This document shows, in pieces, positions 17,520 to 24,518 of a DNA stretch of 34,649 bases. Position numbers and translations under genes: made by a program. The DNA is from an uncultured Dehalococcoidales bacterium. Its GTDB lineage: Bacteria > Chloroflexota > Dehalococcoidia > E44-bin15. Under the pieces are notes generated by a model, which saw nothing but the letters and a program-made list of their open reading frames with translations, ran no database searches and was not told where the DNA came from. Position 1 is the stretch's first letter. Every line of letters starts with the position of its first letter. The stretch covers positions 1 to 34,649 of the forward strand of contig CAYTKL010000002.1 in the NCBI GenBank assembly GCA_964438305.1. The letters are read 5' to 3'.

Positions 17520-19184
17520 ATGTTTGACCAGAAGGCATTGCAGCGGATAGATGAGCGCGGCGCGAAGTGGGCCGCCAGGGCCTCTCAGGCGGAGGAGCGG
17601 CGCGACCGCTTCGCTACCAGTTCCGGAATACCGGTCAACAGGCTCTATACGCCGGCGGATATAGCTGGAATGGACTACCTGGCCGACGTCGCCTTTCCTG
17701 GCGAGTACCCCTTCCTTCGCGGCATTCACCCCACCGGACACCGAGGACGGCTGTGGACCATGCGCATGTTCGCCGGTTTCGGCACCGCCGAGGAGACCAA
17801 TCAGCGCTTCAAGTACCTTCTGGAGCACGGCGAGACCGGACTGAGCGTGGCCTTCGACATGCCCACCCTGATGGGCTACGACACCGATGCCCCCGAGGCG
17901 AGCGGCGAGTTCGGCAAGTGTGGGGTGGCGGTCTCTTCACTGGCCGACATGGAGATTCTGTTCGATGGCATCCCCATCGACCAGGTGACGACATCGATGA
18001 CCATCAACAGCCCGGCGGCGGTGGTCTGGGCGATGTACGTCGTCGCCGCCGAGAAGCGCGGCATACCCATGGAGCGCCTCGGAGGGACCATCCAGAACGA
18101 CATCCTCAAGGAGTATATCGCTCAGAACGAGTATCTGTTTCCGCCACGGCCCTCGATGCGCCTCATTGTCGATACCTTCGAGTTCGGCACCAGGCATCTG
18201 CCGCGGTGGAATACCATCAGCATCAGCGGCTACCACATCCGTGAGGCGGGGGCCACCGCTGCCCAGGAGCTGGCTTTCACCCTCGCCGACGGCCTGACCT
18301 ACGTGGAATGGGGCGTGGAGCGCGGTCTGAAGATAGACGATTTCGCTCCCCGGCTCAGCTTCTTCTTCAACGCGCATAACGATTTCTTCGAAGAGGTCGC
18401 CAAGTTCCGTGCGGCGCGGCGCATCTGGGCGCGGGAGATAAAGGCCCGCTACCACCCGCAGGACGAGCGTTCTCTGTGGCTGCGCTTTCACACCCAGACG
18501 GCCGGCTGCACCCTGACGGCACAGCAGCCGGAGGTCAACAGCGTCCGCGTTGCCTTTCAGGCGCTGGCGGCGGTGTTGGGCGGTACGCAGTCGCTCCACA
18601 CCAATGCCCTGGACGAGGCCTGGGCTCTGCCGTCCGACAAGGCGGTGCTCATCGCCCTGAGGACGCAGCAGATTATTGCCCACGAGACCGGCGCGGCGAG
18701 CACGGTGGACCCCCTTGGGGGCAGCTTCGTGGTGGAGGCCCTGACCAATGAGCTCGAAGAGGCGTGCCACGACTACTTTCGCAAGATTGACTCCCTGGGC
18801 GGCGTTATCCCCGCCATAGAACGGGGCTTCTTCCAGCGCGAAATCGCCGAGGCCGCCTATCACTACCAGCATGAGATCGAGGAGCGGGAGCGCATTGTGG
18901 TCGGGGTGAACGACTACATCGTCGACGAGCCCCTCACCATCCCTATCCTGGAGCTGGACGCCGAGGGCGAGAGAAGGCATATCGAGCGGCTCAACCGCGT
19001 TCGCCGTGAGCGAGACGACCGCGAAGTGACGCGGCGGCTCACGGAGCTTCGCCGGGCCGCCGCGGGAACGGACAACCTCATGCCGCCCATCATCGAGGCG
19101 GTGCGGGCCTATGCCACGCTGGGCGAGATATGCGACGTGTTCCGCGAGGTGTTCGGCGTCTACAGCCCGGCGGAGGTCCTGTAG
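17520..19184 (+). CDS. acyl-CoA (methylmalonyl/isobutyryl-type) mutase large catalytic subunit, no B12-binding domain
   Basis: 554 aa. [45 protein letters not shown] and [10 protein letters not shown] are hallmark MCM TIM-barrel motifs. The protein ends before any B12-binding module. Confidence 0.9.
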   Translation: MFDQKALQRIDERGAKWAARASQAEERRDRFATSSGIPVNRLYTPADIAGMDYLADVAFPGEYPFLRGIHPTGHRGRLWTMRMFAGFGTAEETNQRFKYLLEHGETGLSVAFDMPTLMGYDTDAPEASGEFGKCGVAVSSLADMEILFDGIPIDQVTTSMTINSPAAVVWAMYVVAAEKRGIPMERLGGTIQNDILKEYIAQNEYLFPPRPSMRLIVDTFEFGTRHLPRWNTISISGYHIREAGATAAQELAFTLADGLTYVEWGVERGLKIDDFAPRLSFFFNAHNDFFEEVAKFRAARRIWAREIKARYHPQDERSLWLRFHTQTAGCTLTAQQPEVNSVRVAFQALAAVLGGTQSLHTNALDEAWALPSDKAVLIALRTQQIIAHETGAASTVDPLGGSFVVEALTNELEEACHDYFRKIDSLGGVIPAIERGFFQREIAEAAYHYQHEIEERERIVVGVNDYIVDEPLTIPILELDAEGERRHIERLNRVRRERDDREVTRRLTELRRAAAGTDNLMPPIIEAVRAYATLGEICDVFREVFGVYSPAEVL

Positions 19185-19203
19185 CCGCGGCGCAGCGCGG
19201 TGA

Positions 19204-19233
19204 TTGACAGGTGGCGCAGTTTCCTGTTACAAT
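19204..19233 (+). promoter_or_regulatory. sigma70-type promoter (TTGACA-N18-TGtTACAAT)
   Basis: Consensus -35 at 19204-19209 and an extended -10 TGTTACAAT ending at 19233, about 40 nt upstream of the first aptamer. Confidence 0.6.
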
Positions 19234-19276
19234 GTAAGCTCAATCGCACACTTGGTTTTGAGGCAAAACTGAATAC

Positions 19277-19401
19277 GGCTCCCTCTCCGAGTTGTCCGGC
19301 CTAAACCCCGCCGTGGTGGGGCAGGGGCGGCAACCGGCAGGCGAAAGCCTCGAGGGTGCGGCGAGAAATGGCCACACCTCCCGTGTTTGGAAAGGAGAGA
19401 C
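19277..19401 (+). promoter_or_regulatory. Moco/Tuco (molybdenum/tungsten cofactor) riboswitch-like aptamer, copy 1
   Basis: 5' CCCTCTCCGAG can pair with 3' GGAAAGGAGAG as P1. Internal GGC-GAAA-GCC tetraloop hairpin, CCTCCC and GGAAAGGAG elements match my recollection of the Moco RNA motif. A WtpA gene lies in the downstream operon. Confidence 0.7.
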
Positions 19402-19423
19402 ACTTGTCGTCAACAGGTCAATC

Positions 19424-19461
19424 AATAGCACCCTACCTTGTGATGGGGTGCTATTCTTTTT
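19424..19461 (+). terminator. intrinsic terminator, expression platform of aptamer copy 1
   Basis: AATAGCACCC-loop-GGGTGCTATT followed by CTTTTT. Confidence 0.7.
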
Positions 19462-19528
19462 GCCTCAAGTCTGCCTCAGGACGTCAGGGTCCGGGGGCCG
19501 CGTAGCGGAAGAAAGGACAGAACACAAA

Positions 19529-19649
19529 GGCTCTCCGAGCTGTCCGGCCTAAACCCCGTTCATTCGGGGCAGGGCCGGCAGCCGGCAGGCGAAAGCCTCG
19601 AGGGTGCGGCGAGAAATCGCCACGCCTCCCGTGTTTGGAAAGGAGAGAC
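19529..19649 (+). promoter_or_regulatory. Moco/Tuco riboswitch-like aptamer, copy 2 (SD-sequestering type)
   Basis: Near-identical repeat of copy 1. Its helices are CTCTCC/GGAGAG (P1), CCGGCC/GGCCGG enclosing CCCCG/CGGGG, AGGC-GAAA-GCCT, and GCGGCGA-gaaa-TCGCC. The P1 3' strand is an AGGAG SD located 5 nt before ATG 19651. Confidence 0.7.
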
Positions 19650-19815
19650 GATGGGTGACATCGATTCGGCCGGCAGAGCCTTGCTCATCGAGGCGCTGTT
19701 GCCTCGCTCACGACCGGCCACGGTTGACGCCTTCTATCATGTGGTGCGCCCCCCCTGAGCCTGCCGCTTCCCTAAATGAGAGCGCATGCAAACACCTGTA
19801 ACAAAGGAGCGCAAG

Positions 19816-21261
19816 ATGAAAAGATGGGATCTGGTTGCAGTGGTGTGCGTTCTCGCCCTGCTGGTCGCGGTCATTCCCGGCACCATGCCGGTGGCTGCCG
19901 ACCCGGGCGGGACGACATCGCTCACCATCACAAGATACGACTTCGACGGCACCACGGTGCTGGGTACGGTGACAATGAACGTCACCGAGTTGCAGACTCT
20001 CCCGGTCCAGGGCGATGGCTCAACGCACTACTACCTGCAGGGGCCGACCATGGACCCGCTGAACCTGTGGGACCCCGACGAGACGCTGAACCTGAAGGAC
20101 AAGGGTGCCCTCAAAGGCACCGACGTCGCCGACCTGTGCGACGAGGTGGGCATGTACCCCACCGACGAGGTCGAGGTACTGGCTGAGGACGACTTCGGCC
20201 AGACCTTCCAGTACGTCGACGTGTACGACCCCGAGCCGGAGCAGGGCAAGATGGTGGTGTGCTGGTGGAAGGACGGGGACCTGGTGCCCACCTACGACGA
20301 TGGCATGCAGCTCGTTTTCTTCGCCGAGACCACCAACGGCTCGGGCCAGTACGTGTTCGGCAACTGGGACATGAACCAGACGCTGCCCGAGGACAACCAT
20401 CACTACTGGGGCGACTACCCTTCGTCAAACGGACTGTCGGTGAAGTACATCGACCGCATCAATGTGTACAGCCATGAGTGGGAGTTGACGCTGGACGGCG
20501 ACAGCACCTACGTCATGGACCAGCCGGAGTTCGAGGAAGGGGTAGGATGCCACGAGGTGACATGGGATGACGGCGGCGACATCTGGAGCGGCATACCGCT
20601 GTGGCGGCTGGTCGGCTATGTCGACGATGACAACGTGCACGACTTCAACGACGACCTGGCGGCGGAGGGGTATGAGGTCAAGGTCACAGCCGTGGACGAC
20701 TACAGCAAGACCTTCGCCAGCGCGGACGTGGCACGCAACGACGACATGATCATCGCCAACACCCTCAACGGCGAGCCGCTCGCGGCGAACAAGTTCCCGC
20801 TGCGACTGGTCGGCCCGGACCTGACCGGGGGACAGAAGGTAGGGCAGATTGCCACCATAGAGCTGGTTGGGCTGCCCGAGGGGGACGCCAGCGCGTCGCT
20901 CGGGGCCACCGCCAACGTGGTGCTTCCGACTGTGGGAATCGGCCTGGACCGCGATTCCATAGACTACGGGGACGTTGGCCCGGGTGAAAGCTCCGATGAA
21001 GAGACGGTGAACGTCACCAACGTCGGCACTACCGACGTGGACGTGACCCTTCAGGTCATCGGGGGCAACGGAGTGGCCCAGGACTTCTACGAGCTCTCGC
21101 TTCACCTTGACGGCCTTCTCTTCGACCCTCTGGCGGTCATCGCACACATTCTGGTGGGCAATACCGAAGATGTGGTCACGCAATTGCACGTGCCGTCCAA
21201 CTGGAGCCATGGCGGCGCTCAGGAGGCGGAGTTCATCTTCTGGGCTGAAGCATCACCCTAG
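19816..21261 (+). CDS. secreted three-domain protein: novel SUOX-fold-like N-domain, Oxidored_molyb (YedY/sulfite-oxidase-fold)-like domain, C-terminal Ig-like beta-sandwich
   Basis: AAGGAG lies 7 nt before ATG 19816. Signal peptide MKRWDLVAVVCVLALLVAVIPGTMPVAA. Domain 2 has GCHEVTW...WSGIPLWRLVGYV and KFPLRLVGPDLTGGQKVGQIATIELV. The N-domain is paralogous to the 21915..22772 product. Confidence 0.8.
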   Translation: MKRWDLVAVVCVLALLVAVIPGTMPVAADPGGTTSLTITRYDFDGTTVLGTVTMNVTELQTLPVQGDGSTHYYLQGPTMDPLNLWDPDETLNLKDKGALKGTDVADLCDEVGMYPTDEVEVLAEDDFGQTFQYVDVYDPEPEQGKMVVCWWKDGDLVPTYDDGMQLVFFAETTNGSGQYVFGNWDMNQTLPEDNHHYWGDYPSSNGLSVKYIDRINVYSHEWELTLDGDSTYVMDQPEFEEGVGCHEVTWDDGGDIWSGIPLWRLVGYVDDDNVHDFNDDLAAEGYEVKVTAVDDYSKTFASADVARNDDMIIANTLNGEPLAANKFPLRLVGPDLTGGQKVGQIATIELVGLPEGDASASLGATANVVLPTVGIGLDRDSIDYGDVGPGESSDEETVNVTNVGTTDVDVTLQVIGGNGVAQDFYELSLHLDGLLFDPLAVIAHILVGNTEDVVTQLHVPSNWSHGGAQEAEFIFWAEASP

Positions 21262-21273
21262 TTGGGATTGTGA

Positions 21274-21304
21274 CATGGGCGGAGGCCAGCGGCCTCCGCC
21301 CATG
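21274..21304 (+). other. intercistronic 14-bp GC-rich stem-loop
   Basis: CATGGGCGGAGGCC-agc-GGCCTCCGCCCATG, 12 nt after the stop at 21261. No U-tract. Confidence 0.6.
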
Positions 21305-21361
21305 CGCGGAGCGTGCACCTCGTGGCAACGCTCCGCGCTGTCAAACTGATTGGAGGACTGG

Positions 21362-21952
21362 ATGAGAATCGCAAGGTGGACCGCTCCATTGCTGCTGGCC
21401 GTTCTTCTGGCGCTTCTGCTCTCCAGTACAGCAGACGCTGGCGCCTTCGCCATCGGGCCACCCTCACTGGAGGTCACCGTGCCTTCGGACGGTGAGGCTG
21501 ACGTTTCGGTCTACATCACCTCCGACTTCGATGGCGAGCTGCTCGTCGATACCGAGGGCGTTCCATTCGACGTGGAACCGAAGGTGATAGAGATCGAGGA
21601 TTCATACGTCCAGCAACACGTGGACCTGACCTTCGTCGGGAAGCCCTCAGCCTCCGCCGGCACATATGACGGCAAGGTGACATTCCTCGGCTACATGGGG
21701 GGCAACGTCGCTGGCGGAGTCAAGCTGGAGCTGACGGCGACCGTGACCGGGACGGGGGGCGTTGCCAGTATCGACGAGACTGGCGGCTGGCTGGAGGAGA
21801 ACTACCTCATAGTGGTGCTGGGGGGTCTGGCCGTGGTGGCGCTGGTATTCGGCATCCTGATTGGGAGACGGGGGAGACCCAGGCCGCAGCCGGCACTGGC
21901 AAGGAAGAGAAGACGTGAGTACCCGCAAAGCAAGAGCCGCACTACTCGCTAG
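21362..21952 (+). CDS. signal-peptide, Ig-like beta-sandwich protein with C-terminal TM anchor and basic tail
   Basis: GGAGGA RBS then ATG 21362. MRIARWTAPLLLAVLLALLLSSTADA signal, beta-rich middle, LIVVLGGLAVVALVFGILIG TM segment, then RRGRPRP... tail. No family recognised. Confidence 0.7.
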   Translation: MRIARWTAPLLLAVLLALLLSSTADAGAFAIGPPSLEVTVPSDGEADVSVYITSDFDGELLVDTEGVPFDVEPKVIEIEDSYVQQHVDLTFVGKPSASAGTYDGKVTFLGYMGGNVAGGVKLELTATVTGTGGVASIDETGGWLEENYLIVVLGGLAVVALVFGILIGRRGRPRPQPALARKRRREYPQSKSRTTR

Positions 21953-22772
21953 CATCGTCCTGCTCACGCTCGTTCTGTGGACCGCGCCGGCACTGGCGGC
22001 CGAGCCGACCACATCCGTGCACGTGGTGAAGTACGCCGCGGATGGGACTACCGTTGTGGCCGAGGAGTCGGTGGACTACGAGTGGATGGAGGCCAACCTG
22101 CCGGTGCAGGGCGACGGGGTGACCCACTACTTCCATCAGGGGCCGGTGTTTGAGGGGGACAAGTGGGACCCCGACGAGACGGCGAACCTCAAGGACAAGG
22201 GCGCCCTCATGGGCACGGATATCAGGGACCTGTGTGACCTGGTGGGCGGCATGGCGGATGACGACACGGTCGTCATCTGCGCCGCTGATGGCTACTGTGT
22301 CGACTTCGGCTACAGCACGGTGTACGAGCCTGCGGAGAGGCAGGGGCCGATTGTCCTCTGCTGGTACAACGGCGAAGGTGCCGGTGGTGCGGAGGCACAG
22401 GGTGAAGGGTATGCACCCAGCTACTACGACGCAATGCAACTGGTCTTCATGGCTGAGACCACTAACGAGGACGGCAAGTACGTATTCGGCAACTGGGATA
22501 TGCACCAGTGCCTGCCGGAGGAGGCGCAGCACTTCTACGGCGAGCTCTATCCCTCCACCAACGGACTGTCGGTGAAGTGGATCAGCGAGATACTGGTACA
22601 TTCCAGCGAGACAGCCGTTGCTTCACTGACGGACCCGGCGGACAGTGGCGATACGGACGGACGCTCGACAAACACGTCAAGCCCGATGTGGTGGATCATA
22701 GCCGCATCGGCGCTGGGCGTTGCGGCGCTGTTTCTTGTCGGAGTCGTCATGGGGAAGCTGGTGAGAAGGTGA
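21915..22772 (+). CDS. exported, C-terminally membrane-anchored single-domain paralog of the N-domain of the 19816..21261 protein
   Basis: LPVQGDGVTHYFHQGP...WDPDETANLKDKGALMGTDIRDLCDLVG...MQLVFMAETTNEDGKYVFGNWDM...STNGLSVKWISEILV aligns closely with the first gene. Has a signal peptide and a C-terminal TM (WWIIAASALGVAALFLVGVVMG). GTG 21915 start is tentative and overlaps the upstream gene by 38 nt. Confidence 0.75.
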   Translation: MSTRKARAALLASIVLLTLVLWTAPALAAEPTTSVHVVKYAADGTTVVAEESVDYEWMEANLPVQGDGVTHYFHQGPVFEGDKWDPDETANLKDKGALMGTDIRDLCDLVGGMADDDTVVICAADGYCVDFGYSTVYEPAERQGPIVLCWYNGEGAGGAEAQGEGYAPSYYDAMQLVFMAETTNEDGKYVFGNWDMHQCLPEEAQHFYGELYPSTNGLSVKWISEILVHSSETAVASLTDPADSGDTDGRSTNTSSPMWWIIAASALGVAALFLVGVVMGKLVRR

Positions 22773-23359
22773 TGGCGGGGGCAGACCGAGGCAACCGACG
22801 GCGCGCGCTGGCTCTCATCCTGGCTGTCGTGTGTGGCGTCCTGGCCGTGCTCGCCTGCACCGCCTGCGGAGCGGGAAACACCGCTCACCAGGCCGTCGAG
22901 TGGGACGTCACCCTGGTCGGCGAGGGGGACACGGTCCTCAGCTATGACGACGTGACAGCGATGACGGCCTGTGAGGGCTATGGCGGGTTCTTCACCACGG
23001 TCGGCGTCGTCAACGGCCCCTACCATGCCACGGGCGTTCCATTGCAGGACCTGTGCGAGCTGGCTGGCGGGATTGACCCTTCGCAGGTGGTCCGCGTGTC
23101 GGCTCCCGACGGCTACTCCATGGTATTCAGCTACGCGCAGCTCAACGGCGATTTCGTGACCTACGAGCCGTCCACGATGAATGAAGTCCCGCACGGCGAA
23201 CTCGAGGTAATACTGATGTACCAGCAGGACGGCAAGTATCTGTCGGAGGATTATGGCAGTCCGCTTCGGGTCGCCATAGTCGGCTCGGAGCCACTGCTCA
23301 CCGAGGGGCACTACTGGGTCAAATGGGTGAACAAGGTCGAGGTGTTGAGCTTCGATTGA
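22772..23359 (+). CDS. exported (possibly Tat/lipoprotein) single Oxidored_molyb (YedY/SUOX-fold)-like domain protein
   Basis: TGATG overlap with the upstream stop. N-terminus is MAGADRGNRRRALALILAVVCGVLAVLACTAC (RRR plus a Cys lipobox-like site). Also ACEGYGG...ATGVPLQDLCELAGG and GSPLRVAIVGSEPLLTEGHYWVKWVNKVEV. The track start 22508 is rejected. Confidence 0.75.
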   Translation: MAGADRGNRRRALALILAVVCGVLAVLACTACGAGNTAHQAVEWDVTLVGEGDTVLSYDDVTAMTACEGYGGFFTTVGVVNGPYHATGVPLQDLCELAGGIDPSQVVRVSAPDGYSMVFSYAQLNGDFVTYEPSTMNEVPHGELEVILMYQQDGKYLSEDYGSPLRVAIVGSEPLLTEGHYWVKWVNKVEVLSFD

Positions 23360-23375
23360 GCGCAGGGTCTGGTCA

Positions 23376-24452
23376 ATGAGACGGTTCATGAAGGCGCCAT
23401 ACTGGGTGGCATTGGCGCTCCTGCTGGCTCTGATAATAGTCCCCAGCGTGTACTTCAGCCTCGACAACGACAGGACACTGGTCAGGGTCCTCAGCGCCGG
23501 CAGCCTCATCGTGCCCTTCACCGAGATGGAGGCTGAGTTCGAGAAACTGCATCCCGACGTCGACGTGTTCATCGACGGCCACGGCAGCATCCAGGTGATC
23601 AGGCACGTGACCGAGCTGTACCAGGAGGCGGATGTGATGGCGGTCGCCGATTACTCGCTCATTCCGATGTTGATGTACGAGTGCTACATGCCCGATAGCG
23701 GCGAGAGCTATGCCGACTGGTGTGCGCAGTTCGCCACGAACACCCTGGGGATAGCCTACTCTTCGAGCAGCAGGTATGCCGACGAGATCACCGCCGACAA
23801 CTGGTATGAAATCCTCGCCCGGCCCGACGTGACCTTCGGCCTGTCCGACGCACGCTTCGATGCCTGCGGCTACAGGGCGCTGATGGTGTGCCAGCTCGCC
23901 GAGCTGCACTACAGTGACCCCGACATATTCGACACGTTGCTTGGTGAGGCCTTCACCTGGCCCCTGACCGTGGTCGAGGAAGGTGACGTCTACACCATCC
24001 TGGTGCCGGAGATACTGGAGCCGGCGAGCAAGAAGGTCGCTCTCAGGGGTTCCAGCGTCTGGCTGCTGTTCCTGCTGGAGTCCGGCGATGTGGACTACGC
24101 CTTCCAGTACGAGAGCGTGGCGCGGCAGCACGGTCTCGAGTTCCTGCAACTGCCGGTCGAGATTGACCTGAGCTCCTTCGACTACAGCCACGTGTACGAA
24201 CGGGTGAAGGTCAAGCTCGCGTTTCAGCGCTTTCGGTCGGTGGAGCCGGAGTTCGTCGGTCAACCCATCATCTACGGGCTGAGCATACCCAACAACGCGC
24301 CGCATCCGGAACTGGGGGCCGAGTTCATCGAGTTCCTTCTCTCGCCGGCGGGACAGCAGATACTCAGCGAGCAATGGCAGCCATCCATAGACCCGGCTGA
24401 GGTGGACAGGGCTGAGGCTGTGCCTGCCAGCCTTGCGCCGTTGTTCCAGTGA
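23376..24452 (+). CDS. wtpA: tungstate/molybdate ABC-transporter substrate-binding protein, WtpA-like
   Basis: VLSAGSLIVPFTEMEAEFEKLHPDVDV...GSIQVIRHVTELYQEADVMAVADYSLIP...RYADEITADNWYEILARPDVTFGLSD...DACGYRAL...LPVEIDLSS matches the archaeal-type WtpA family as I recall it. N-terminal hydrophobic anchor. Confidence 0.8.
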   Translation: MRRFMKAPYWVALALLLALIIVPSVYFSLDNDRTLVRVLSAGSLIVPFTEMEAEFEKLHPDVDVFIDGHGSIQVIRHVTELYQEADVMAVADYSLIPMLMYECYMPDSGESYADWCAQFATNTLGIAYSSSSRYADEITADNWYEILARPDVTFGLSDARFDACGYRALMVCQLAELHYSDPDIFDTLLGEAFTWPLTVVEEGDVYTILVPEILEPASKKVALRGSSVWLLFLLESGDVDYAFQYESVARQHGLEFLQLPVEIDLSSFDYSHVYERVKVKLAFQRFRSVEPEFVGQPIIYGLSIPNNAPHPELGAEFIEFLLSPAGQQILSEQWQPSIDPAEVDRAEAVPASLAPLFQ

Positions 24453-24467
24453 AGGCGCGCGCCCAGC

Positions 24468-24497
24468 TTGAAATGCCGTGCCCGAGTATGCTAAGAT
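24468..24497 (+). promoter_or_regulatory. candidate sigma70 promoter (TTGAAA-N18-TGcTAAGAT)
   Basis: Same -35 / extended -10 architecture as the promoters at 19204, 29587 and 32459(-). Ends 21 nt before ATG 24519. Confidence 0.45.
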
Positions 24498-24518
24498 GCT
24501 GGCTGTAGACGGCGTGAG

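Noticed and set aside
19277-19649. Tandem ~125-nt repeat considered as a CRISPR-like or minisatellite array.
   Set aside because: - There are only two copies, about 125 nt long, separated by ~127 nt that contain a terminator.
- The copies fold into a riboswitch-like multi-helix structure.
- There are no cas genes.
19604-19801. 65-aa plus-strand ORF, together with 19292..19552 and 19240..19431(-).
   Set aside because: They overlap the riboswitch aptamers and terminator, lack an RBS, and have Arg/Pro/Cys-rich composition.
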